Assembly (NCBI RefSeq): GCF_037042905.1
Contig: NC_087252.1
Span: forward strand, 20,710,001 to 20,774,000
Direction: 5' to 3'
Length of the DNA: 64,000 nt
Source of the DNA: Lytechinus pictus
Lineage: Eukaryota
Made by a program: the position numbers and the translations under genes. Below, piece by piece: positions 1-13,363 of this stretch. The notes under the pieces are model-generated. The model was given only the letters and a program-made list of their open reading frames with translations, searched no databases and was not told the DNA's origin. Each line of letters opens with the position of its first letter. Position 1 is the first letter of the stretch.

Positions 1-2753
1 AAACTCTTCTGGTTTACAGTCCTTTTCAGCAGGCGCGTAGCCAGGGGGGGCGGTGGGGGCGGTCGCCCCCCAAAACGTCCCCAAAAAGAAAAAAAAAGAA
101 GGGAAAAAAGAGAGGAGAAAAGGAAAAGCGAAGGGAGGAAAGGGAAGAAAGGTATAGCTTTGTGGGTTTTTCTTTTTATTCTTTATTTTTTTCTCAAAAA
201 AGAAACTCCGTGACTCTTGCTCTAAATTTATATATATGAATTTTGCTTCCGCGCTGCGCGCGGTTAATGACAATGTTGCAGTTCTCCTTTGTTTCCCTCA
301 CCCTTTCTCTAACCCTGTTTTTTCACCTCAGCTATATGTGTTTCTTGCCAGTTAAAGTTCAAATGTATACATTAGGGCATGGAATTAGAGTAATGTTATG
401 CCGAAGTATATGAATTTATCTTTTTTTAAATTGATCGCGCAACTTCTGGTCGGGTCGGCTCCGGGCGGGTAAAATCTTTTTCTCAATTTCTGCCGTCACC
501 TCCATAGAGGCAACTTCTCCCGCTTTTTCAGCTCATTACTACACAACCATGCATAATTTGGGGGCAAACAGGATCCTAATTTAAAAAGAGGAAGGTATAA
601 AATTCGTGTCGTATTAAATAAAAAAAAGTACAATATTTTTTATCCAATTCTATTCAACTTCATGTCATTTCCCTGCACATTCATCTCCTGTCCCGTTTTG
701 CGCCCTCAGTTTGAAATTTTGAATGACACTTACGTTTCTTTATCATTCAAAGTGAAGCGCATCGGGATAAGTGAAAGAAATTATACATCATCCTGTTTTA
801 TATAATTTCAATAATCACAGAAGTTTCAACTTTTTGCGCACTATTTTCCTTGTAATGAAGTTCAATAATCTTAGAAAATTAATTGAATTAGAGCTGATGG
901 GGGTATTAGAGATATCTGCATTTGATGAAACGTCCGCCCTTTGAAATTTCAGAGTTTCATTGCTCTGCGCGGGGAGGAATATCTTCCTCCCGGCATATAT
1001 CCTTCTCCTCTGTTTTGCGAGTTAAGATATGCACTGTCGCTAAATTGTTTGTAATCAAATCTGATCTTTCCAAGGGAAGTATTCAATATAACTTAGAAAA
1101 TAACCTTTTCTCGGGACCATTTTCTTTGCAAAAAAAAAATATAAAACGCTTTAGCTTCCGCGCTTCGCGCAGGGTTAATATTATTTTTAATTTCCTACAT
1201 TTTATCCCTATTTTGTTCGTTTTACAATCACTTTTGAAAACAAGGTTCAAAATCACAATATATTCAAATGAATTGGAGCTGATATAGGTACTAGAGACAA
1301 GGGAGGCGGCTCCTTTTTATTTTAATTTATGAAACATCGAAAGCTTCGCGCTTCGCGCGGGAGGGGGAAACTTCCCCTCCCTGCACCCACCCCCTAGGGA
1401 GCGCGCTTCGCGCGCTCTGTAAGTGTTGCCACGCTTCGCGTGCATTTACCGCCCCCTCCAAAATGAAATCCTGGCTACGCGGTTGCTTTTCAGGACTACT
1501 TTCAAGAAAGGAATACTCTACTCTCAAATCTCCACTTTCTCGCCTATCCAATTCCTTTTCTTCCTCTTTCCACTGTTTCTATAACACTCCACATGGTGTA
1601 CCGTAATTAACCACATCAGCGATTGTACATGCCACCATTCAAACCTTCAAACAACATCACGCTCACGCATGTTTATTCAGATACTCAACTTGTTCTCTGA
1701 TTTAAATCATTACCCAGTTTCAGATCACAATATCAAAAATTTTCTGCTCGCGCTTTGTGCTCGCATTATTAATGTAGGAAGACCCCATATTACTCATCCT
1801 TTTGATGATTTACAAAACATGAACAGAGTGGGCCATTTTTAGGTCTATAAATCTCGATTTTTTGCTGCTCGCGCTTCGCGCTCGCATCAATCGTTAAATT
1901 ATATAGCTATCCTGTTCACGATTACAAAAACTGATTAAAAATTTCAATTCTTATGAATACGCAGGATGTGTATCTCGCTAAAACGAATAATGAATTTTTT
2001 TTATTGTTGAAATATGTAACGCCTTCATGGCTAAGTGCAAGCAGTCCTTAACAGGTACCTTTTCAACAGGTACCAGTTCAAAACATATTTAAAAAATTTC
2101 TGCTCGCGCTTTGCGCTCACATTATTAATACTCATCCTTTTCAGGATTTACAAAACATGAATAGAGTGTCTCGTTCAGTAAATATTATAGGACTAAATCT
2201 TGAAATTTTCCGCTCGCGCTTCGCGCTCGCATTATTTGTTTACTTATATACCTATTCTGCTTGAGTTACAAAAAGTGCTTAGAATTTCCATTCTTTAGGT
2301 GAAATGTGAAAGAAAATTCAGCTCGCGCTTCGCGCTCGCATTATTTGATTGTTAAATGCTACTTTAACATGTATCTTTTCCATCAGTACATTTTTGCTCG
2401 CGCTTTGCGTTCGTAGTAATTATTAATTTGCATACACATCTTTTTCAGGATAAAAAAACAAGACCAGAATCAGTTCAAATTTTAGGAAAAAATACATAAA
2501 CTTTCCAAAAAAATTAGCTCGCGCTTCGCGCTCGCATCATACAAATAAGGATTATGATATTATATATTAATTTATAAGAATAAAGCTAAGAAGTGACTAA
2601 TGGGGACTACCCCTTCAAAAAAACAAACAAAAATCATCTTCGAGCCGATCGGGGAAAATATGGCTGAAACAAATTTCTGCCCCCCCCCCCTATTGGCGAA
2701 GGCTGGATCCCCCCTGTGTCCCCCCTACCTTTTGAGAGAGATTTCCGCCCCTG
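1..2753 (-). mobile_element. Second, inverted copy of the same composite hAT-type element (truncated by the window start)
   Basis: 1486-2753 and 1-29 are the near-identical reverse complement of about 11927-13200; terminus GATTTCCGCCCCTG ends at 2753. Confidence 0.85.
30..1485. mobile_element. Non-autonomous hAT-type element nested in the copy above
   Basis: Termini CAGGCGCGTAGCCAGG...CCTGGCTACGCGGTTG; 8-bp TSD CTTTTCAG (22-29 and 1486-1493). Confidence 0.85.
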
Positions 2754-4050
2754 GTCATACGTGATCCTTAGCGGCTACATCTGTCATGTTAGGATTTAAC
2801 TGATCTGAGAATCTATCACTAAAAAGTATGCCTCATATTCATTCTAAAAAGCTAAATGCTATACATGATTAGCCTACACAAATGTGATATGTAATTCCAT
2901 TTCTTAATGTGGACTCCTCTTATAGGCCTGTTGTTGAATAGGTGAAATGCAAAGAAACCAAAACATAATTATTCATAGGCCTACATCATTAATTAAGTTC
3001 ATATATTTGACTTAACATTTCCTTTTCATGTTTTAACTTGATACTGAAAGAACATGCAGTCGTTCATTTTTAGCAAACCTCCCAGAATAGTTATATTCTT
3101 ATGTCTCACTCTTGCAACTCTGAATCATGTTGTGCAACTCTCCCACCCACCCAAAAAAAAATGCCTGATCAGATCACCGCCCTAAAATCTGTATGATTTC
3201 GAAAGACACGTAATGATAAAAGAAAGGATTTTTAAATTTACCGGAAGTTCAGACATCTCATCTACTAAATCTGACGATGAACAGGATGAAGTCAATGGCT
3301 TTGCTACTATCATGATTTTACTCTAAGTGTCGCAATATTTTTTCTTCAAATCGTTCCTTTTCAAATATTAGGTTATAGAACCGGGTCTGATATTAGCAAA
3401 TAGTGGTAAAACAAATATATGACTCATAATTCATATTCACGTTTAATTCCAAACTTTGCTTACGTACTATCTCAGATCCTGGTGGATATAACCTTCATCT
3501 ATAACAGACCACCATTTGCAAAATAGCCTATACATGCTTTCATTTGTTTGGAATATTGCTTGTCGGTTTTCACTCTACCCCGGTCCTTTTCAACAGGTCA
3601 AAATCCTGTCATTATCGTATATATTTGTGGACAACTGCGCCGAACATAATTATGTAACACAACGTAACGTAAAGTGAACAGAGAAGTAGAATTTCATAAT
3701 TCGAAATCTAGCTTTGTCTTCCAAATTTGTAGATTTCCTCATTTCTTATTTGTCATGGGTTTAAATAATCTGTTTTGATTGGTGTAACCTGCTGTCAATC
3801 TACGATCAATGAGGTTTTTTGTGGGGTCTAGCCTACCGTAGAGGGATTATTCTTCCACCCCCCCCCCCCTCCCCCACGAAAGAAACTTAATTACCATCGT
3901 CTGCAGTAACCATCAAAAATGCTGTCGCCAAAGTGATGATGAAGAAAGCGTAAAGCTCTAACCTTGCAATGACCCGTACAGCCATTTTCTCGATATCTGT
4001 GGGGATAAAAAGTGTGAAATTATTCAGTTTGTATTATTGCTATAACGAAT

Positions 4051-4460
<410 letters not shown>

Positions 4461-4718
4461 GATTGATCGATTGATTGATTTGATTTATTTATTTCCACAT
4501 TCCAATAACAAAGTACATACAAGTGTAATTATTTTTCTCAGCATATGCATACATACATTTTAACAATCTACTTGAGATATATTCATACATGATAAATTTC
4601 TTTTTTCTAAATTATTAAAACAAATAGCAGAAAAAAATATATAGATACATAATGATTTTGGAATGTGGGAGACTTCCATCTTATGCTTAGAGCTTGAAAT
4701 GGATAAAGGCCTCGAAAG

Positions 4719-4880
4719 GATGATGATGACGATGCTGACGATGATGATGATGATGATGACGATGATGATGATGATGATGACGATGATGATGATGATGACG
4801 ACGATGATGTTGATGATGACGACGATGATGATGATGATGATAATGATGATGATGATGATGATGATGCTGCTGATGATAAT
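4719..4880 (+). repeat. (GAT)n microsatellite with GAC variants
   Basis: Visible directly in the sequence. Confidence 0.95.
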
Positions 4881-6803
4881 GAACAGCATTGATTGTATAG
4901 CGCCATTTACCTGTAAAAACATTGAGAAGCGCCGCGCCGCGTCGGCACCCCAACATGTCACACATTTTTCACAAAATTACTGGAAAAGATGGGTCTTCGG
5001 TTCAGATTTGAAAATAAAACGATGCAATCATGCTGCACCATATGAAAGGTTGTGGGTCCGACTTTTTTTTACTGCTGTTATTATCAGTGGTTGTGCCACC
5101 AACACAAGAGGTTGCATTAAACTGTGGCAAAAGAAAACCGACCTTTTGTATATTTCGCCTTTAGTATTCGCAAAACATCGGCTAAATTGGACACGATTTT
5201 TGTGAATTGAGGGGACCTTTCTCGAGTGGTCGGGTACCTGGACCTGAAGTTTATGGGACTTTTGGGGACCCTTTTCTCGATTGGTCGGGTTATGCTATTG
5301 ACTGACCAAACGACGATAATACGATGTGTTGGCTCAAACCGCTTTATCATGAATATGTAATACTGGATTTTATGATAAATTCAGAATAGTTAGGTTACTG
5401 GCAGTAAATGTGGTTCCATGAAATTTGCTCCGGCTACGATTGCTCCGCTCTAAATTCCACACACTCCTGTTGCAACCCTAACCCTAACCCCACATCTTAG
5501 ACGAAATTAAGACCGGGACAATATTTGCAGCCAGGAGCAATTATCGTGTCGCCGTAACGATATACTGATAAGAGTTAAAGAGGTAAGCAGTTACAAAAAT
5601 ATAAAATGTCGCTAATACTTTTCCATGTAACAGTTGAATACTGCATAATAACCAGCCAAGTGGAACGTTTTGGAAATGAACATTTGATTGTTCTATTCAT
5701 TAACAAAATCATATTTGCACGGCAGATGTGCTGTGCCATAGAAAATTAAAAGTGAAAGGAATGTGTCATGTGGTATACATTGTATTTACATTCTAAACAC
5801 TTTCGTATTGCAGGGGGATAAGCAGGGTTTTTTTGCTGGGGGGCAATTTATTACCTCAAATTATCATCGGAAATATAATAATTATTACTAGTATCATTTT
5901 TTATAGCACCCGAGCTTCCACGTAGTTCCTTACTTGAATATCAACATAATAGTTCACATGCAGTATGTCTTCCCATAGAATATATAATTCAATATCAACA
6001 TGTTATTTCTCATAAATGATTTATAGTACTATATTAATGTTCGTGTAAAGTAGATCTTTGGTCCCCCCCCCCCCTCCCTTAAGCAAATTTATTATTTTCT
6101 GATAAAGTATATACAATCAGAAAATCAGAAGTATGTTAAAGCTGACAAACTTGTTGGTGTTTTTTTTTCTTTAAGTTTGAGATTTGCCTTATACGTTTCC
6201 ATATGGCATGTATTTTATTGCTGATATTTTTATACAATCGTCCATATCTTTATTATTATCAATGTAATTTTTACTTTTATCATTATTATTGTTTTTGTTA
6301 TCATCATCATCAGACACTATTATTTCATTTTCTTTTCATTTTACTTCATTTTCAACAAAGTTACAAACCATGTAAGTACAATAATGATAATAACTGGTTT
6401 TATATAGCGTTTTTCCCCCATAACGGCTCAAATCAAAACAACACAATGTCATAAAAATATACTAAGGTCATTAAATCAAGTTGAAATAGACAATGGATTA
6501 TAAAATTTACTATTTGCGAAAATGGAGGATTCCACTCGAAAGCAAAGCTTGTATATTATGACCTCCTAAAAGTATGACAGATTTGAGGAAGAAAAATCAT
6601 GTAAACAGGTAAAAATTAAACAACATAAATGCCAACAGAAGACGTCATAAAAATACTTTTTAAAAATGAAACAAAGATATACAAAAATCACGGAACAAAC
6701 TCAGGAATTAGATCAAAATTAACATTATCGTTGTCACCATCATCATTATTGATATTATTATGCATATAATCACCATGTTATAAACTGAAAGAATAGTTCG
6801 TAT

Positions 6804-7004
6804 CAGTAGCGTACCTAGGATTTTCGACAGGGGGGGGGCAAAACCGTCCGCCAAAAAAATTGACAAGCAAAAAAAAAAGGTCTTCAACCACAAAATAGGA
6901 TTTCGAACCTGAAAAAAAAATTGACAAGCAAAAAAAAAAGTTCTTCAACCACAAAATAGGATTTCGAACCTGAAAAAAAAATGGACAAGCAAAAAATGCT
7001 AGTG
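6804..7004. mobile_element. hAT-type MITE
   Basis: Starts CAGTAGCGTACCTAGG, ends GCTAGTG; TSD GTTCGTAT/GTTCGTAA; same family as 39415-39659 and about 16770-16972. Confidence 0.7.
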
Positions 7005-8482
7005 GTTCGTAAATATCGACCGGTTAGTTCGCCTTCATTTAACACAAACTTTTTATCTTCATTCTCGTTACATAGCTATATACATGTATAATTGCACACG
7101 GAACTGCAAGTCACAATTTGTATCCTTGTAATGTGATTTGCTATTTCCTTCCACATCGATGTCAAATGTCAATTATCTGCCACTTGAAACATTAGACAGA
7201 AAAAAACCTATGTCAAACAGAGTAGTTACCATAAACAGAAACAGAAATAGCAAACATTGGCCACATAATTTTTTTACAGAATGTGTGTTGGACATTTTCA
7301 TAGCCACGACAGTTGGACGTGGGTTGACTATTTTAATTAGCCCCAACTTTTACATTTTATTTACAGAAAATATTTCATAACATACCGACACCATGGAAAC
7401 AAGAGTGAAATGAAAAACAATTCATGTGATCATGCTCAGGCTTTGGAATATTGGGGGTTCGAGAACAATCATATTTCCCCTGTACTATTTTTTTTATATG
7501 ACCGCATGCGGGGATATTTATAAGTTGTAAACATTTTCTTTTGAACTCCATATCCTTATAGATCAAAGCGGGATTTTTTTTTCTTTTTTTTTTCTGTATG
7601 AAATTTGGCATTGCCAATTCTTAGAGCAAAACGTTGAATATACTAAATTTAAAGTGTGTGATTAACACAAATCGATGTATCAAATATTTGGGCTTTCGCC
7701 GGATTTTTGGGAGAAAATGAAAACTATACATTTTTAGAAAGGTTATTGTATGAGGATTCAGAATAACAATGTTTCCATTAAAGATTCAGCAGGGGCCGCG
7801 GAACGGTTTCCAAAGTGGGGGGGGGGTAACCATATGCAAAAAAATCACAATCATAATTATGGTCATTTTTACGTTTTTGTACCCCAGCCCCAACCCCCCC
7901 CCCCCCCCACCCCCGCTTCTTATCGGATAAAAATTTGGCATGGTGGCATATATATGGGGGGCAAAAACGAATTTGCTTCGACGGGTGTACTAGTCTAGGA
8001 GATAGGGGGCTTTATTCAGAATTTTTGGTGGGGAAGGTTTGACAAGCTTTTCCGGGGTAGAATTGTGCGCTGATACCAAAAATGTCACTCTTATTGACCG
8101 TACTCACGCCATTTTGGCCATTTAGGCAAATTTTTGACCAAAAATGACAATTTTGACCACTATTTGGAAAAATGGTCCCCTAACAGACGGCTTTTGTAGC
8201 CACTTGCAATTAAAAGGATCTATCTTACGTAAAAATGCACCCAGATTCAAGATAAAGTGGTTTCATTTACCAAATCATAATAAAAGCGGTCATTTTGGCC
8301 ATATTTTGGCCAAAAATGACAATTTTCATGATTTTTTTGGTCCGAAATGTGTTACAAATATTGATCAGAACTACGATTGGATGTCTTTAGAAATCCACAT
8401 TTATTTTCAAAATGTGCGCTAGATCATAACAATCAACCTCATGTAATTTATTCTGTCAGTTTTGACCTGTGAAGGTCATTTT

Positions 8483-8632
8483 ATAGATGACAATAAGTTT
8501 TATGTGCATGTTCTGTAATTGTTTTCTAATGTATTTTTTATTGTATTCCAGGGCCTCTAAGTATAACAGTGTTTGAACCACTGACAGAGTCACCCTGGTA
8601 AAATAAGACGTAATAAATAAATAAATAAATAA
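8483..8632 (+). mobile_element. 5'-truncated retroposon (LINE-like) 3' end with a (TAAA)n tail, inserted in the left arm
   Basis: Absent from the homologous right arm (gaaggtcattttgggtac); flanked by ATTTT; ends in AAAT repeats. Confidence 0.6.
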
Positions 8633-8637
8633 ATTTT

Positions 8638-10200
8638 GGGTACTTTAGACATAACTGACCATTCGCGCAGTTTTCCATTATTACCTGTTCAAATAGGCAG
8701 GAAATTGAGGTCTTCAGCATGTTTTATCTTCTTCCCTTATCAAATGAGAATGCATTCAAATGTCCTTCTTGTGTAGAATTTTATGCTGATTCCAAATATA
8801 CCAGTCTTAATGAGCCTTTTTAATAGCTTATGGTCATTTTGACCACTTATGGCCCTCAAAATGACTTGACATCAGTTCATTTTACCCCAAAATACTCCGA
8901 ACGTTACCAGAATCGTTACAAGGGTGTGCTGCGACAAATAACATTGGTGTGGTAATCCTTTAAATTGAACATCTCAAAAAGTATTCTGACCTTATGTAAT
9001 TCATTCCATCAGTTTTGACCTATGAGGGTCATTTGGGGTACTTTAGACATAATTGACCATTCGCGCAGTTTTGCATAATAAACTGCACATAATGTAGGCA
9101 GGAATTTGAGGTCTTCAGCGTGTTTTATCTTCTTCCCATATGAAAGGCAAATGCATTCAAAAGTCCATCTTGTGTAAAATGTGATGCTGATTCCAAATAT
9201 ATCAGTCTTAATGACCGTATTTAACAGCTTAAGGTCATTTTGGCCACTTATGGTCCTAAAAATGACCAATGACATCAGTTCAATTCATCCAAAAATACTT
9301 TTAATGTTACCAGAATCGTTACAAGGGGATACTGTGACGCCTAACATTGGTGTATTAATCCTTTAAATTGAACATCTAAAACGTATTTTGACCTCATGCA
9401 ATTTATTCCATCAGTTTTGACCATGAGGGTCATTTGGCGTACTTTAGACATAACTGACCAATCACGCAGTTTTGCATAATAAACTGCTCATAGGCACTGA
9501 GGAATTTGCGATCTTTATCGTGTTTTATTTACCTCCCTTATAAAATGGGAATGCATTCAAAGGTCCATTTTGTATAGAATATTATGCTGATTGTAAATAT
9601 ATCAGTCTTAATGACCCTATTTAACACCTTATGGTCATTTTGGCCACTTATGGCCTTAAAATGACCAATAACATCAGTTCAATTTATCAAAAAATACTTC
9701 AATGTCGTCACCAGAATCGTTACAAGGGTGTGCTGTGACATATATCATTGGTGTATTAATCTTTTAAAATGAACATTTAAAAAGAATTTTTACCTCATGT
9801 AATTTATGTCCTTAGTTTTGACTTTTGACCTATGAGGGTAATTTTTGGTAACTGAACATTTGTGCAATTTTGCATAATAGCTGTGCAAAACGGCTGGAAT
9901 CTGATCTTCAGTGTACTTTATCTTTCTCCTTTATAAAATGGGAATGATGCATAGGTTGTTCTTGTGTAGAATTTCATGCTGAATCCCAATATGTCAGTCT
10001 TAATGACCTCATTTGACAGATTATGGTCATTTTGACCACTTTTGGCCCCCCCCCCCCCCCCAAATGACCAATACCATCTGTTCAATACTTCAATTTATCC
10101 AAAAATACTTCGAATGTTACCAGAATCGTAACAAGGGTGTGCTGTGACACCCAACACTGGTGAATGAATCCTTAAAATTGAGCATCCCCAAAGTTGACTA
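8638..10200 (+). repeat. About 400-bp internal tandem subrepeats of the foldback left arm (4 units; 2 units in the right arm)
   Basis: Units begin near 8638, 9036, 9437 and 9847 (ggtactttagacataactgacc-like; the fourth is degenerate). Confidence 0.8.
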
Positions 10201-12999
10201 CCTTGGTCATTTTGACCACCTTGACCCCCCGGTCAGCCCTGCTCGTTGTGTATATTAATTCAGGCTATATCGAACATGGTGAGGAGAAATCTGGGATTGT
10301 GTTAATATTAGCATCAATTATTGTTAAATGGGGAAAGTTTAAAAGCTTCTTGGTGGAAATCAATGAAATTATTCCACACAGACCAGTGTTATTGGCCTAA
10401 CTATTGGACCCTGTGGTCATTTTGACCACGTTTCCCTCAATATTGACCAGTGACGATGGACATTAGGAATCTCCAAATAGTGACTATTTGGAGATTCATA
10501 GGGTCCATCGCTTAATAGTGGAGGGATCAGCTAAGAGAGAGACCACACATGCTTTGATGATTCAAAAAGGGCTCAAATGTTGGTCAGTATCACTGTCAGC
10601 ATGAGCTACCATAGCATTAATCGGTGAAGAGTGTTGATAATTGTGATAAAATCCTTTACATCGAGCATACATAAGGTTGTTTGACCATGCACTGTGGTCA
10701 TTTACATGATTTTAGCCACCCTGACCACACATTAAATGTTTATGAAAACCTCACATATATGGAGCAGCAAATTCAGGAATGAGACATTTTAGCATCATTT
10801 ACGTTGTAATGTTAGGACATTTTTTCGAGATAAATGTAGATTAATGATTCCAAATATATATGTCTTAATGACCATTTATGAGCTAGTGGTCATTTTGGTC
10901 GCTTTTGGTCCCGACAATGACCAATCACATTTGCATGTATCAAAAAGGATTCAAATGATGTTGTCGCTCCGTATTGTGAGATGTATTATATCAATTATTG
11001 ATTTCAATATGATATGACTAATAGTACATATTCAAAATATTGTAACCATTTTGGCCATTTTGACCATTTATCGCATGGATGACTTTTGTAAATAAACATG
11101 ACAGGAGCAATTGGGGAAATGCGTTAAATCCCTTTCGATTGGAAATATTACAAGCTCACCTTGAGCAGTTGAGTAAAAAAATGTGCCAAATACCTGACCA
11201 CTGTCTAATGTGGCCCAATTGGTCATTGTATGGTCCTTGAATAGCCATAACATCATTTCCTCCTTTTAAATCTAAATTATACAAAAAAACTATGTTCCAC
11301 AGGAAGGCACTAATCCTCAATTCAAAGGTGCGTCATTACTAAGCAATTGGTCAAAGTGAATTTCACGAATAGATTTGACCATGATGCATTTTTATTACCT
11401 TTGCCATTTTGTATAATGTTCACAAACTTTACATTGGCAAGATTGGTAAAGTTAAAAATTATTAATGAGTGACCAAAAATCGCCACAGAGAACAATTTCA
11501 TATAGAGAATGTGTTTTATTACCCGGTACGTCTTCAAAAGAATTAAGGGTAAATTTGCTGCTCACCAATCATGCCAATGTGAGGTTTGTGAAGCATTGTG
11601 AAAAAAAAAAAATGGTAAAAATGAATGATAGTCAAAACTCTTAGTGAACTTCACTCGGACCTATTTTGCTTTGTAATGATTCTCAGTATAATTTGACTTT
11701 AAAGAAGGAGAATAATGCTGGCTATTTAGGAACATACAGTGACCAAAGGGGCCACAGTAGACAGTCACAAGATATTTGGCACAATTTTTACTTAAGGTGA
11801 GCCTTTAATACTTCCCATCAAAAGAGATTGAACGCATTTCATCATGTTCATAGACCTACAATTGCTGCTCAGTCATGTTTATTTCAAAATTCACACATTG
11901 GATAAACGGTCAAAGTATCCAAAATGCAGGGGCGGAAATCTCTCCCAAAAGGTAGGGGGGACACATGGGGCGGATCCAGCCTCGCCAATTGGGGGGGGGG
12001 GGGCAGAAATTTGTTTCAGCCATATTTTCCCCGATCGGCAGCTCGAAGATGATTTTTGTTTCTTTCTTTGAAGGGGTAGTCCTCATTAGTCACTTCTTAG
12101 CTTTATTCTTATAAATTAATGTATAATATCATAATCCTTATTTGTATGATACGAGCGCGGAGCGCGAGCTAATTTTTTTGGAAATTTTATGTATTTTTTC
12201 CTAAAATTTGAACTGATTCTGGTCTTGTTTTTTTTATCCTGAAAAAGATGTGTATGCAACTTAATAATTACTACGAACGCAAAGCGCGAGCAAAAATGTT
12301 CTGATGGAAAAGATACATGTTAAAGTAGCATTTAACAATCAAATAATGCGAGCGCGAAGCGCGAGCTGAATTTTCTTTGACATTTCACCTAAAGAATGGA
12401 AATTCTAAGCACTTTTTGTAACTCAAGCAGAATAGGTATATAAGTAAACAAATAATGCGAGCGCAAAGCGCGAGCGGAAAATTTCGAGATTTAGTCCTAT
12501 AATATTTACTGAACGAGACACTCTATTCATGTTTTGTAAATCCTGAAAAGGATGAGTATTAATAATGTGAGCGCAAAGCGCGAGCAGAAAATTTTTTAAT
12601 ATGTTTTGAACTGGTACCTGTTAAGGACTGCTTGCACATAGCCATGAAGGCGTTACATATTTCAACAATCAAAAAATGCGAGCGCGAAGCGCGAGCTGAA
12701 ACATTTTGAACTTTCTAAAGAAAGAATTTAATCAGCTTTTGTAATCGTGAACAGGATAGCTATATATAATTTAACGCTTGATGCGAGCGCGAAGCGCGAG
12801 CAGAAAAAAAATCGAGATTTATAGACCTAAAAATGGCCCACTCTGTTCATGTTTTGTAAATCATCAAAAGGATGAGTAATATGGGGTCTTCCTACATTAA
12901 TAATGCGAGCACAAAGCGCGAGCAGAAAATTTTTGATATTGTGATCTGAAACTGGGTAATGATTTAGATTAGAGAACAAGCTGAGTATCTGAATAAACA

Positions 13000-13363
13000 T
13001 GCGTGAGCGTGATGTTGTTTGAAGGTTCGAATGGTGGCATGTACTATCGCTGATGTGGTTTACGGTACACCATGTGGAGTGTTATAGAAATAGTGGAAAG
13101 AGGAAGAAAAGGAATTGGATAGGCGAGAAAGTGGAGATTTGAGAGTAGAGTATTCCTTTCTTGAAAGTAGTCCTGAAAAGGACTGTAAACCAGATGAGTT
13201 GAAGAAACAGCTTGAGTAGTAGGATGGATGAGGAGTTGCTGGCTTGAGTCGGCGAGTGGAGATGATGAGTAGAAGCAGTAGAGAGACTCGACGTTTCGGG
13301 CAAGTTGACTGTCCGTCTTCAGGAGTGAAGACGGACAGTCAACCTGCTCGAAACGTCGAGTCT
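13000..13363 (-). mobile_element. Penelope-like element (PLE) terminal fragment with an inverted terminal duplication
   Basis: Hammerhead-type core plus a 38-bp palindromic duplication at 13284-13363; a related diverged copy lies at about 25670-26130 on +. Confidence 0.6.
13286..13326 (-). ncRNA. Minimal (dimer-dependent) hammerhead ribozyme motif
   Basis: The minus strand reads ACUC-CUGAAGA-CGGACAGUCAACUUGCCC-GAAACGUC-GAGU: CUGANGA and GAAA core, GUC cleavage triplet, ACUC/GAGU stem I, palindromic ACGU stem III; stem II is imperfect. Confidence 0.55.

Noticed and set aside
8638..10200. CRISPR-like or other prokaryotic repeat-spacer array
   Set aside because: The repeats here and elsewhere are whole-unit tandem or transposon subrepeats without unique spacers; no cas genes; eukaryotic context.
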